Shown: positions 9,055 through 18,252, numbered from the stretch's first letter. The stretch: DNA of 35,868 bases from Minisyncoccota bacterium (GCA_023653145.1 JAMNXM010000003.1:1-35868), one strand, 5' to 3'. Numbers and translations: made by a program. Notes: a model not told the origin generated them from the letters alone.

Positions 9055-11907
9055 ATGGTTACGCCTGGCGTCCCAAACTTTGACGCAAACACAACCAAGA
9101 ATCTGTCGCCAGAGCAAAACATGGCGAAGCAGAAGGAGAATAGTCGCACCGGCGGCTATGGTGGTGGACGAAAGCGCGACTTTAACTTTGACGACGCACC
9201 ACTTGCTCCTATTCCTGAAAAGCCTGAGCCGTATCAGTACGTGCCTGAGTCGTATGGCTCGGCGCTCGACCAAACACCTGACGCAAACGACAAGGATATG
9301 GAGGAGCTCCTGGGCATCCTCAACACTAAGGGGCTTGATGCCGTTTTTAAAGAGCTTGATAGGATTGCAAACCCGCACCTCGAAGACGACTTCCATAAGC
9401 TGTTGGTGCAACTCAAGAGGCAAGGGCAGAAGATTAATGGACTTGATCCAAAGAGCCCGCTCGCTAAAGCGCTCGACTTTGTAGTGATTCAGATTTCTGT
9501 CCCTGAACCAAGTAGTTCACTTAGTGAGGTGTGTGAGCAGATGATTAGCGTCTATCAGGCGATCCTTCCGTTCGTCGGGTTGCCGTCTGAAGCCATCTTC
9601 TTTAAGGATTGGCGCTACCGCAAAGCGATCCAGAAAGAGCACATCACTATGGAGATTGCCGTGTCATCGACTGATGAGGCCGCATGCTTTTACCTTGCGG
9701 CGCCGCGCTCTCGCATGGACCTTATTGAGAAGCAGATTTTTGCAACGTTCCCTGGCGCACAGATATCTGAAGCACCAGACGACTACAACATTTTCAACCA
9801 GTTTGGTGCGTCTGCAATTGCATATACAACGCTCTATCGCCCTGCGCCGCTTTCAATTAAAACGTATGACGCGTTTACGAGCGACCCCATCAACCAACTC
9901 CTCACGTCGATGGCACGCATTTCAAAAGAAGGGGAGGGTGTTGCGTTCCAAATCAGCGTGGCTCCCGCGGGTGAGTACTACATGAAGCGCTTCATGAAGC
10001 TCCTTGACGACATGCGGCATCCTAAAATGCCGCCATCAGATATATTCCGCAAACATCGCTACCTCTTCCGCAACTCGTGGATTAGGCGTCACGCACCAAA
10101 CTTTATAGGGACGATTATGGATTTCTTTTCGTCTGAGGAAAAGAAGAGTCAAGATCGTGATGTCGACAACATGCAGGTCAGTAGTATTGAGAAGAAGATG
10201 AAGCACATCATTATGGGCACCAACATTCGTATCGCGACATCCGCGCGCACCGACGCACGTGCCCAAGCACTCCTCAAAGACTTCGAGCTCGTGTTAAACC
10301 AGTACGACGACCCACAAGGCAACCGCTTTAAACTACGCTTTCCAGCGTCGCGTGCTGAGGAACGTGACTTGTTCCGCCAGTTTATCTTCCGTCTCTTTGA
10401 CCGCGGCCCTATAGAGGGTGTATGGAAGATGTTGTACCTTGAGTTTTTCGAAAAAATACACTCGCCGCTCATGTACTACAGCCGTGCAATGCCGATGAGT
10501 CTTGCTGAAATTGCAACGATGTTCCACCTTGCGATTGCGGGTGGCACACTGAGTCGTGAGGCCGACACCGCAGGAGGGAAGTACGCTATGGCGTACCCTG
10601 GACTTCCGTCAGAGGGCATACTCCTTGGTCGCAACAAGCACGCCGGCGTGACTACGGACGTTCGTATGCAAATGCAAGACCGCATGCGCCACCTCTATAC
10701 CATCGGCCAGACCGGTACCGGTAAGACGAACTTCTTAAAGAACTTGATTATTCAAGACATTGAGCGCGGAGACGGCGTCTGCTTTATAGACCCGCACGGC
10801 GTCGACGTGTTGGAGATCCTGAGCCGCATCCCCAAGGAGCGCCAGAACGACGTGATTTACTTTGACCCTGCATACACGGACCGCCCAATGGGGCTCAACA
10901 TGCTCGAGTACGATCCACGGTTCCCCGAGCAAAAGACGTTCGTGGTTGATGAGTTGTTCAAAATCTTCCAGAAGCTCTACGGCCAGGTGCCCGAGGCGTT
11001 CGGTCCTATCTTTGAGCAGTACTTTCGCAACGCAACGCTCTTGGTTCTTGAAGACCCGGAAACGGGCTCCACGCTCCTTGATATTTCACGCGTACTGTCA
11101 GACGAGGACTTCCGCCACCTCAAGATCTCGCGCTGTAGAAACCCAGTGGTTGCACACTTCTGGGAGGATATTGCCGAGCGTGTCTCGGGGGAGGGGTCCC
11201 TCAAAAACATTGTTCCGTATATTACGTCAAAGTTCGACATCTTTATTGCAAACGAAATCATGCGCCCTATTGTGGGCCAGCAGCGCTCCGCGTTCAACTT
11301 CAAAGACATTATGGACAACAAGAAGATCTTTTTGGTCAACTTGTCTAAGGGACGTCTGGGTGACGTAAACGCAAACCTCATCGGCCTCGTGCTTGTGGGT
11401 AAGATCTTGATGGAGGCCTTGGCGCGCGACGTCAGTCAGAATCCGCCTGCGTTTTACCTCTATCTCGACGAGTTCCAAAACATTACAACTGACTCGATCT
11501 CTATTATTCTCTCTGAAGCGCGCAAGTTCCGCCTCTCAATGACGATGGCACACCAGTTTATCGGCCAACTCTACCCAAAGATCCGCGACGCGGTGTTCGG
11601 GAACGTGGGCTCTATGGCAGTGTTCCGCGTTGGTCCTGACGACGTTGAATTTTTGGCGCGCCAACTTCAACCAATCTTTGAAGCTAAAGATTTGTTGAGG
11701 ACGAAAAACTTCCAAGCGGCAATGCGTCTCCTCAACAACAACTCGCCATTTCCACCGTTTACGCTTGAGACCCTACCGTTCACACCAGGGGATACCGGAA
11801 CAGCAGACGCAATGAAGCAATTGTCGTACCAGCGTTTCGGCCGTCCACGCGAGGCAGTTGAGGCAGAAATCCGCGAGAAGTACGCGATATTCAAAAAGGA
11901 AAAGTAG
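9055..11907 (+). CDS. VirD4/TraD/HerA-like P-loop ATPase (type IV coupling-protein-like) with long N-terminal domain
   Basis: RHLYTIGQTGTGKT Walker A, FIDPHG, LYLDEFQN Walker B, SEARKFRLS...AHQFIGQL..IRDAVFGN. Confidence 0.85.
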   Translation: MVTPGVPNFDANTTKNLSPEQNMAKQKENSRTGGYGGGRKRDFNFDDAPLAPIPEKPEPYQYVPESYGSALDQTPDANDKDMEELLGILNTKGLDAVFKELDRIANPHLEDDFHKLLVQLKRQGQKINGLDPKSPLAKALDFVVIQISVPEPSSSLSEVCEQMISVYQAILPFVGLPSEAIFFKDWRYRKAIQKEHITMEIAVSSTDEAACFYLAAPRSRMDLIEKQIFATFPGAQISEAPDDYNIFNQFGASAIAYTTLYRPAPLSIKTYDAFTSDPINQLLTSMARISKEGEGVAFQISVAPAGEYYMKRFMKLLDDMRHPKMPPSDIFRKHRYLFRNSWIRRHAPNFIGTIMDFFSSEEKKSQDRDVDNMQVSSIEKKMKHIIMGTNIRIATSARTDARAQALLKDFELVLNQYDDPQGNRFKLRFPASRAEERDLFRQFIFRLFDRGPIEGVWKMLYLEFFEKIHSPLMYYSRAMPMSLAEIATMFHLAIAGGTLSREADTAGGKYAMAYPGLPSEGILLGRNKHAGVTTDVRMQMQDRMRHLYTIGQTGTGKTNFLKNLIIQDIERGDGVCFIDPHGVDVLEILSRIPKERQNDVIYFDPAYTDRPMGLNMLEYDPRFPEQKTFVVDELFKIFQKLYGQVPEAFGPIFEQYFRNATLLVLEDPETGSTLLDISRVLSDEDFRHLKISRCRNPVVAHFWEDIAERVSGEGSLKNIVPYITSKFDIFIANEIMRPIVGQQRSAFNFKDIMDNKKIFLVNLSKGRLGDVNANLIGLVLVGKILMEALARDVSQNPPAFYLYLDEFQNITTDSISIILSEARKFRLSMTMAHQFIGQLYPKIRDAVFGNVGSMAVFRVGPDDVEFLARQLQPIFEAKDLLRTKNFQAAMRLLNNNSPFPPFTLETLPFTPGDTGTADAMKQLSYQRFGRPREAVEAEIREKYAIFKKEK

Positions 11908-11944
11908 AGTCGCACGAGCAGGTGCGCTGTGGTATAGTGCGCGC

Positions 11945-12544
11945 ATGAAGTTCCAAGATCAACGCTCACTTATTCTTTTTAAGCCCGACACCATTCAACG
12001 TGGGTTGGTCGGCGAGGTTATGCGCCGCATCGAGCGCACGGGGCTCAAGATTGTTGCGCTTAAAATGCTGATCGCATCGCGTGACCAGGTTGTAGCGCAC
12101 TATCACAAAGACGAGGCATGGTTTATAAAGAAGGGCACCAAGATTGTTGAAGACCGCAAAGCCAACAACTTGCCCATTGAAATGGAGGCAGTTGAGTACG
12201 GACGCAACATTATCGAGCAGAACGTCCAGTTCATGACCTCGGGGCCTATCGTTGCGATCATTGTGCAGGGCAACGAAGCACCAGCAGTCATCAAGAAGAT
12301 TACTGGAGGCACAGAGCCTGCAACGTCAGACGTTGGGACTATACGCGGTGACTTTACGATAGACTCGTACGAGCATGCAGGAGTTTCGGGTCGCGCGGTC
12401 CGCAACCTGCTCCACTGCTCAGAGAGCGTCGAGGAAGCAGAGCGCGAGATTACCGTCTGGTTTACCCCACAAGAGATCGTCTCGTACCGCTTGGTAGGGG
12501 AGCAGATACTTTACGACGTGAACCTCGACGGCATCTTGGAGTAA
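11945..12544 (+). CDS. ndk: Nucleoside diphosphate kinase
   Basis: LILFKPDTIQRGLVGE, FMTSGP, GTIRGDF, RNLLHCSES; TGgTATAGT lies 6 nt before ATG 11945. Confidence 0.95.
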   Translation: MKFQDQRSLILFKPDTIQRGLVGEVMRRIERTGLKIVALKMLIASRDQVVAHYHKDEAWFIKKGTKIVEDRKANNLPIEMEAVEYGRNIIEQNVQFMTSGPIVAIIVQGNEAPAVIKKITGGTEPATSDVGTIRGDFTIDSYEHAGVSGRAVRNLLHCSESVEEAEREITVWFTPQEIVSYRLVGEQILYDVNLDGILE

Positions 12545-12553
12545 CCCTACTCT

Positions 12554-12562
12554 TGGTATACT
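12554..12562 (+). promoter_or_regulatory. Extended -10 promoter of 6S RNA
   Basis: TGgTATACT about 5-6 nt upstream of the closing stem. Confidence 0.6.
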
Positions 12563-12567
12563 GGGGT

Positions 12568-12712
12568 GGGGCTCGTGCGGGCGATTATCCGCTTAAAAAA
12601 GCTTCGGGAGTCTTAGATCACCTACCACAACTGATGTCCTTCGGGATTCAAATGGGGTTAGGTTGCGGGCACCCACCTGAGCGAAAGCTCGGGTAATCGC
12701 CCCAGGGCCCCA
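12568..12712 (+). ncRNA. ssrS: 6S RNA
   Basis: Ends pair (GGGGCTC/GGGCCCC; GGGCGATTATCCG/CGGGTAATCGCCC), A-rich central bubble, UUCG apical loop, and the GGGCACCCACCTG + GAAA hairpin seen in Firmicute-type 6S RNAs; has its own promoter and downstream hairpin. Confidence 0.8.
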
Positions 12713-12719
12713 CGCAAGC

Positions 12720-12757
12720 CCCCGTCCTTCGTCGAGAGACTTCTTAGGACGGGGTTT
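12720..12757 (+). terminator. Hairpin downstream of 6S RNA
   Basis: CCCCGTCCT...AGGACGGGG followed by TTT. Confidence 0.5.
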
Positions 12758-12764
12758 CGCATAT

Positions 12765-13175
12765 ATGCGTCTGACATTGCTCATTTTTTCTCTTGTCATT
12801 GCCAGCGTCATGGCGGTGGTGCAGTATATCGCTCTTGTTGAGTATTGGTACTGGCAGTATTGGTGGCTCGATATTGCAATGCACGCCGCTGGCGGTGCGC
12901 TCCTTATGTGTATCGGCCTTGCGCTTGGCCTGAGGCGTGCACTGGCACTCATCGTGTTTGTAGGGGGCATCAGTCTTGCATGGGAGGTGTACGAGTTTGC
13001 ACTTGGTATTTCAGTACACGAGGAGGCGTTTCTCTCCGACACGACACTCGACCTGGTCATGGATACACTCGGAGCACTGGTGGTGTACGGTATGATGAGG
13101 CAATGGCTCAGATCTCAATTACCTTTGCCCGCGGTGCACGGCGTGTCACCGGGTCAAACTTCCTCGTCACCGTAG
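12765..13175 (+). CDS. Hypothetical membrane protein (D..MH..GG / WE..EF / DT..DL motifs)
   Basis: Hydrophobic 136-aa ORF with WWLDIAMHAAGG, LAWEVYEF and DTTLDLVMD; overlaps the next gene by 73 nt. Confidence 0.7.
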   Translation: MRLTLLIFSLVIASVMAVVQYIALVEYWYWQYWWLDIAMHAAGGALLMCIGLALGLRRALALIVFVGGISLAWEVYEFALGISVHEEAFLSDTTLDLVMDTLGALVVYGMMRQWLRSQLPLPAVHGVSPGQTSSSP

Positions 13176-14464
13176 TTGATGGCGCACGGACGACGCGGAT
13201 ACTCATTGATTGTGGACTGACGCAGGGAGAGCAGTTTTGTGACCCAACGAACGGCGAGACCTTTACCTACGACCCAACGGAGATAGGCGCAGTATTTTTT
13301 ACCCACGCACACGCAGACCACATTGGGCTCTTCCCCAAGTTGGTCAAAGAGGGGTTCAAGGGTCGCGCGTATGCAACTGCACCCACCAGAGACTTAATGC
13401 CAGTCATGCTTGAAGACTCAGTCTCTTTGATGAGATCTGAAGCAACACGCTGCGGTACTGATGTGCCGTACGTTATGGACGATGTGGTGCACGCATTAAA
13501 GATGCTTACCGACATTCCGTACGGAGAAACAGTGACGGTGGGTGACGCACGCGTGACGCTCTTAAATGCCGGGCACATCTTGGGTTCCGCACTTGTTCAG
13601 ATAGATGCAGGAGGGAAGCGTGTCGTGTTTACCGGGGACTTGGGGCGCGTACCGTCTATCTTAGCCCCAGACCGCGACGTACCTGAAGGCGTTGACGTGC
13701 TCGTAACCGAGTCGGTCTATGGGAACCGCACGCACGCCTCAGTGTCTGACTCAGAGCAAGAACTTGCCGCCGCAGTACAGCGCTCGTACCAAGAGCAGGG
13801 GACACTCCTTATACCGGCGTTTTCGCTCGAGCGTACACAAATAATCTTGGCCGCTCTTGACCGCATGATGACTGAGGGCACGCTACCGAAAGTGCCGGTC
13901 TACATGGACTCACCGCTTGCAGCGAAGGTCACCGACATATACCGCGCGTACCCAGCGTTTTTGCGCCCTGAGGTGCGCGAGCGGCTGGAGCGCGGCGATG
14001 ACCCGTTCAGCTTTCCGACGTTGCGGGTGACGGTCAATACCGAGTCGTCGCACCTTATTGATGTGGCTCCGAGCCCAAAGATAGTGATTGCAGGCGCCGG
14101 TATGAGCCACGGCGGACGTATCCGCCACCACGAGCAAAAGTACTTACCGCTCAAGAACACGACACTCCTCCTCGTGGGGTATCAGGTTGCAGGTTCGCTC
14201 GGCCGTAGGCTGAAGGATGGGCGAAAAGAGGTTGCTATTGATGGAGTCAAAGTAAAGGTGCGCGCACGGGTTGCCGCAATTGGTGGCTTTTCTGCTCATG
14301 CAGACCGCGACGATATTGTAGGCTTTGTCGAGGCGGTGAAGCCCAGGCGCGTGTTTGTGGTCCTAGGCGAGACCGAGGCGGCTACCTTCTTGGCACAGCG
14401 CATTTCAGGCTTCCTAGGCCTCCCGACAGACGTCCCACAGGAAGGGGAGACCTACGAACTCTAG
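13103..14464 (+). CDS. MBL-fold beta-CASP ribonuclease (CPSF/YSH1-like)
   Basis: VTGSNFL, IDCGL.QG, THAHADHIG, NAGHILGS, FTGDLG, ESVYGNR, PAFSLERTQ, FSAHAD; TATGAT lies 6 nt before ATG 13103. Confidence 0.93.
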   Translation: MAQISITFARGARRVTGSNFLVTVVDGARTTRILIDCGLTQGEQFCDPTNGETFTYDPTEIGAVFFTHAHADHIGLFPKLVKEGFKGRAYATAPTRDLMPVMLEDSVSLMRSEATRCGTDVPYVMDDVVHALKMLTDIPYGETVTVGDARVTLLNAGHILGSALVQIDAGGKRVVFTGDLGRVPSILAPDRDVPEGVDVLVTESVYGNRTHASVSDSEQELAAAVQRSYQEQGTLLIPAFSLERTQIILAALDRMMTEGTLPKVPVYMDSPLAAKVTDIYRAYPAFLRPEVRERLERGDDPFSFPTLRVTVNTESSHLIDVAPSPKIVIAGAGMSHGGRIRHHEQKYLPLKNTTLLLVGYQVAGSLGRRLKDGRKEVAIDGVKVKVRARVAAIGGFSAHADRDDIVGFVEAVKPRRVFVVLGETEAATFLAQRISGFLGLPTDVPQEGETYEL

Positions 14465-14467
14465 TAC

Positions 14468-14496
14468 TTGACTAATGTGTTTAGAGGGTGTATAAT
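14468..14496 (+). promoter_or_regulatory. Near-consensus sigma70 promoter
   Basis: TTGACT-17 nt-TATAAT. Confidence 0.75.
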
Positions 14497-14504
14497 ATTA
14501 ACAT

Positions 14505-14639
14505 ATGGAGAACTTTGGGAATGGAATTGAGATGGCAGGAGATATTACTACGCCAATGACTTATTTTGCCACCCTTATTTTTGCAGCAATTCTAATTGGT
14601 AGATGGCCCACAATACGTTCGACATTCTCATCCCGATAG
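14505..14639 (+). CDS. Small membrane peptide (44 aa), not in the ORF track
   Basis: MENFGNGIEMAGDITTPMTYFATLIFAAILIGRWPTIRSTFSSR*, between a consensus promoter and a terminator. Confidence 0.55.
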   Translation: MENFGNGIEMAGDITTPMTYFATLIFAAILIGRWPTIRSTFSSR

Positions 14640-14650
14640 TAAGTTCAAAT

Positions 14651-14685
14651 AAAAACCGCTCCGACTATAGTCGGAGCGGTTTTTT
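14651..14685. terminator. Bidirectional intrinsic terminator (perfect 34-bp palindrome)
   Basis: AAAAACCGCTCCGACTA|TAGTCGGAGCGGTTTTT between convergent genes. Confidence 0.85.
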
Positions 14686-14695
14686 GTATTGAGAG

Positions 14696-15043
14696 TTACG
14701 CTACTTTTGCCAACAGGCGCTTGAATGACTCTGGGTGGGTCATCGCCATCTCAGAGAGCACCTTGCGGTCGAGCATGATGTTCTTCTTCTTCAAGGCATC
14801 AATGAATGTCGAGTAGTTCTTAAAGCCGTTCTCGCGGAGAGCGGCGTTCACACGCACGATGTGGAGTCCGCGCATAGTGCGCTTCTTAGCGCGGCGGTCG
14901 CGGAATGCGTGCTGGCCAGCGTGCTTGATTGCCTCAAGCGCCTGCTTCTTCTTCGTAGAGCGGCCGTGGCGGTAGCCCTTCGTCTGCTTCAGGATATTCT
15001 TACGGCGCTTCAACTGTTTTGGACCTCCTTTGGTGCGTGCCAT
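14696..15043 (-). CDS. rplT: 50S ribosomal protein L20
   Basis: MARTKGG...KGYRHGRS, AFRDRRAKKR, LDRKVLSEMA. Confidence 0.97.
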   Translation of the reverse strand: MARTKGGPKQLKRRKNILKQTKGYRHGRSTKKKQALEAIKHAGQHAFRDRRAKKRTMRGLHIVRVNAALRENGFKNYSTFIDALKKKNIMLDRKVLSEMAMTHPESFKRLLAKVA

Positions 15044-15072
15044 ATGTAACTACTATGTATTAAGTACTAAAA

Positions 15073-15258
15073 CTATGCGCCAGGGAAGTAGCGTGCGCGG
15101 TCTGCGCTCGTCATCTCGATAGAGGTCGAGCGGCCCTTGCGTGCCTTGGTCTTCGAACTCTCCTTAGCATTAAAGTGGTTCTGCCCAGCCTTGCGTCCGA
15201 CGAGTTTACCCTTCTTGGTAATGCGGAGGCGCTTTTGGAATGACTTGTTGGTTTTCAT
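15073..15258 (-). CDS. rpmI: 50S ribosomal protein L35
   Basis: MKTNKSFQKRLRITKKGK...GQNHFNAK; lies between infC and rplT. Confidence 0.93.
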   Translation of the reverse strand: MKTNKSFQKRLRITKKGKLVGRKAGQNHFNAKESSKTKARKGRSTSIEMTSADRARYFPGA

Positions 15259-15779
15259 GATTTTTTAGTGCTTTTTTCGAGTGTCGTTGCTATGCCTCGG
15301 GGACCTCGCTGGGGCGCTTCTGCCACTTTGTACTCTTCAGGGATGAGCTTTACAAAGCGGTCGAGGCGCTCCTGCAAAAACTTTGGGTCCATGTACTTGT
15401 ACCGGCCCCTCAGCTGCAGTTCGACTTTGACTCGGTGCCCCTCGCGGAGCCACTCAGCAGCGTTACGAGCCTTGCGGGTTAAGTCGTGCTCGCCCTCGGT
15501 CACTGTCACCTGGATAGACTTGGTTTCAGTGGTGTGGGACTTGGCTCGTACCTCGCGCTCCTTCTTCTGCTGCTCGTATTGAAATTTACCATAATCCATT
15601 ATTTTGGCAACCGGTGGGGTTGCGGCAGGTGAGACCTCGATAAGGTCGAGGCCGAGGGCTTTGGCCTGCGCGAGCGCCTCTTTAGTCTCGAGGACCCCGA
15701 GGTTTTGACCGTCTGCACCAATGACCCGAAGTTCTGGTGCGCGGATTTGAGCGTTGATGTTAATGCGGGGGGTAGCCAC
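15255..15779 (-). CDS. infC: Translation initiation factor IF-3
   Basis: INAQIRAPELRVIG, LDLIEVSP.A.PPVAKIMDYGKF.YE; GTG start (exact start uncertain). Confidence 0.95.
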   Translation of the reverse strand: MATPRININAQIRAPELRVIGADGQNLGVLETKEALAQAKALGLDLIEVSPAATPPVAKIMDYGKFQYEQQKKEREVRAKSHTTETKSIQVTVTEGEHDLTRKARNAAEWLREGHRVKVELQLRGRYKYMDPKFLQERLDRFVKLIPEEYKVAEAPQRGPRGIATTLEKSTKKS

Positions 15780-15833
15780 TGGTGTTCGTTACCTCGCTAC
15801 TTTAGCATGCCGTCTACACGAGTGCTACAGCAT

Positions 15834-15862
15834 AAAAAACAAAATCCCGACAGGGTCGGGAT
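15834..15862 (-). terminator. Terminator after the tmRNA locus
   Basis: ATCCCGAC-CCT-GTCGGGAT followed by TTTGTTTTTT on the minus strand. Confidence 0.75.
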
Positions 15863-15866
15863 GTAT

Positions 15867-16070
15867 TGGTGGAGGTGGAGGGTATTGCCCGCGACTCGTG
15901 GGCTCACCTTCGTTCGCCCACGGTCTGGGCACCGCCTCGCGACTCGTCGATACGACGAGTAACGCTCCGGCGCTCATTACCCTCACGCATGCAAAGTAGT
16001 TTGCATGCTCACCCTACAAATAAAAAGACTGCCTTACGGCAGTTTTTATTTGTGGAGGTGGAGGGTAATG
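15867..16070 (-). mobile_element. T-loop-inserted structured element plus duplicated tmRNA 3' end (copy at 15867-15887 carries CCA)
   Basis: Repeat of the T-arm/acceptor strand, internal antisense copy (15972-15984), and core motifs CGGAGC, GAGGCGGTGCC and terminal TCGCGGG shared with two tRNA-linked copies. Confidence 0.7.
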
Positions 16071-16435
16071 AGCCCTCGTCCAAAGAAGGTCTTGTGAGCA
16101 TTGCTACGCTGTCTAGTGTGTTTCGAGGTTTAAGTACTACAGTAAGAATCACACAAGATAATGCAGTACCGATCTCGTGATCTTATCTACTACGTGAGCA
16201 GGGCAGTAGACCAGCCGTATGGTTATTACACTCGTCTGACCCTATGCGGCGTCAGGGGACGAGCGCCGTCCGCTCAATGGCAGACGGGTCGGTACTTACG
16301 CAACTGCGAATGCAGGAGTGAAGTACGGACTTGCAACAGGTTTCACACTGTTGGTGCTCGAGATTTTAGGTGTTCTTGAGCAATCACCACAGCGCACACA
16401 AACAAGGAATTTCTTTGTCGAATCTGGTCACCCCC
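16053..16435 (-). ncRNA. ssrA: tmRNA
   Basis: 5' GGGGGTGA..GATTCGAC; acceptor stem with G3.U70; pk1; tag ORF 16346-16296 (A)VKPVASPYFTPAFAVA* (resume codon inferred); directly downstream of smpB. Confidence 0.93.
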
Positions 16436-16514
16436 GTAGGGGACACATGCAGGAGCATGCAGCCCCAACGCGAATGACCAGGTACCCTGAGCGCGCCAGA
16501 GGCGTGCCGAAGGG

Positions 16515-16964
16515 TTATTGATTTTTCAAAGAGCGATCGATGTCCCGCTTGGCATCTCGGTCCTTCAGTGTAGCCCGTTTGTCATGCTTTTTCTTCTTCC
16601 GTGCCAGAGCAAACGAGAGCTTGATGAACCTCTTTTTATTATACACCATTATAGGCACTAATGTCAAGTCTCCCTGGGATTCTGCCCCCTCGAGCGCCTT
16701 CAACTCCTTTTTGCCGAGCAATAGTTTCCGCGTGCGCTCGGGGTCGTACGACTTTGGCGTGTTTCCAACTTGGTAGGGAGTGATAGATGCACCGACGAGG
16801 TATGCCTCGCCAGCGCGCACAACGACGCGCGCCCCGATGAGGGTCGCCATGCCTGCGCGCAGTGCTTTTGCCTCAAACCCGAAAAGCGAAATACCCGCCT
16901 CGTATGTCTCAAGAAACTCGTATTCGAGGTGTGCTTTTTTATTTTCGACGTGTGTTCGTTCCAT
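16515..16964 (-). CDS. smpB: SsrA-binding protein SmpB
   Basis: ENKKAHLEYEFLETYEAGI.L.G.E.KALR, YDPERTRKLLL, KKKHDKRATLK.RD. Confidence 0.96.
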   Translation of the reverse strand: MERTHVENKKAHLEYEFLETYEAGISLFGFEAKALRAGMATLIGARVVVRAGEAYLVGASITPYQVGNTPKSYDPERTRKLLLGKKELKALEGAESQGDLTLVPIMVYNKKRFIKLSFALARKKKKHDKRATLKDRDAKRDIDRSLKNQ

Positions 16965-17802
16965 GCGATTTTCCAAACAGTGTCTGGAGCTCCTGACTGT
17001 TTGTTACATCAGCGTACCCCAGATTAAAGGCCTCGGTAATAGCCTCGGGTGTGCCAGCAATAGTACCGACACGGAGTGGTCGTGAGGGGCTCAAGCAGTA
17101 GGCGCGCGCCGACACACCAGTGGGGCAGAGTCCTGGTGGAAGTGCCAAGTCTTTGAGCATGGCAAGCCTGAGCCCTCGTGGCGAGCGGAGCGCTTCGGCA
17201 GTTAAGAACATCTTTGACAGCGTGTCTCGACGCACCGACTCGCAGTTGATGGTTATGAGTGCCGTCACTCCGGTGCTCGCAATTTTTGATGCAAGCGTCT
17301 GTATATTTGCAGACATGCCGCCGTCTATGTAGCGCTTGAGGCCGAGACGCACCTTTTTCCCATACACGACGGGCAACGCTTTGGCGGCGCGGAGTGTCTC
17401 GTAGTAGTCGAAGAACGATGTGTTTGAAATAAACTCAGTAGCACCTGTGTCGGCGTTCGTGACGGTGATGTAGTACTGTGTTTGCGCGGCGCTTAGCTTT
17501 TTAGTGTTGAGCGGTACCTGCTTCTTGCAGATCTCGTCAATCAAGTAGTCGATGTTGACCCGACCTCTACGCGATACAAACTTTTCGTCATTGAGGTGGT
17601 GCAACCAAATAGTGCGTAGTTCCTCATACTGCTCGGCGAGGTAGTAAAACGCGTTACCTGCAGAGCCAGACTCGGCACCGAGCGCATAGGGTCGCGTCAA
17701 CCCGTATACCTCTTTGAGTGCGCTGAGGGCTCCCGCAGAGTAGGCACAGCGCTTACCGCCACCGGTTAAGACCAGACCAATTTTTTCATCGGACTTCGTC
17801 AT
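16939..17802 (-). CDS. Patatin-like phospholipase family protein
   Basis: GLVLTGGGKR oxyanion motif, S-G-S-A-G nucleophile region, YIDGG. Confidence 0.8.
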   Translation of the reverse strand: MTKSDEKIGLVLTGGGKRCAYSAGALSALKEVYGLTRPYALGAESGSAGNAFYYLAEQYEELRTIWLHHLNDEKFVSRRGRVNIDYLIDEICKKQVPLNTKKLSAAQTQYYITVTNADTGATEFISNTSFFDYYETLRAAKALPVVYGKKVRLGLKRYIDGGMSANIQTLASKIASTGVTALITINCESVRRDTLSKMFLTAEALRSPRGLRLAMLKDLALPPGLCPTGVSARAYCLSPSRPLRVGTIAGTPEAITEAFNLGYADVTNSQELQTLFGKSHGTNTRRK

Positions 17803-18197
17803 AGGAGTTTAAAGTTGTATCGCGAGTTGAGAAAGAATGACAAAAACCCAAAGAGCGTACCGACACCAATACGCGCAGGGTAGAGCCCTACCTGTGCATA
17901 CTCCACGAGTCCTGACACGAGTAACGTAATGAGTGCTGCGTTGGTACACATAATGGCGAGGAAGAATGCGTATCCTTTGCCAATAGCACGTGTCGAGTCG
18001 TGGTACACAAAGAGGCGCAGAAGTGTGTAGTGCGTTGACGTCGCAATAATAAACGCGCCCGGGACCGCAATGTAGTAGGGGAGAGCAAGGAACGTCGCCG
18101 CACCGTAGAGGAGTAGGAGGTCAAACGCAAATGCGCTGATGCCAAACACCGAGTATTGCAGGAACTTGATGCGGTGACGGTAGGTGTAGGCGAGCAT
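17799..18197 (-). CDS. GtrA-family membrane protein
   Basis: KFLQYSVFG....DL..L, LLRLFVY, FFLNSRYNF; 4 TM. Confidence 0.8.
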   Translation of the reverse strand: MLAYTYRHRIKFLQYSVFGISAFAFDLLLLYGAATFLALPYYIAVPGAFIIATSTHYTLLRLFVYHDSTRAIGKGYAFFLAIMCTNAALITLLVSGLVEYAQVGLYPARIGVGTLFGFLSFFLNSRYNFKLL

Positions 18198-18252
18198 GGT
18201 AGGTAGACTGTATCTTATTTCGTGATTATCCGCACACCATATATACTATCGT

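Noticed and set aside
15255-15258. Alternative genetic code (UGA=Gly, as in Gracilibacteria/Absconditabacteria)
   Set aside because: TGA terminates infC in an ATGA overlap with rpmI, and conserved genes are uninterrupted under code 11.
15888-16070. Canonical group I intron in the tmRNA T-loop
   Set aside because: I could not identify the P3/P7 core or the conserved P/Q/R/S sequences by eye. The insert begins with a copy of the 3' exon and contains a terminator-like hairpin. Kept only as an untested intron-like hypothesis.
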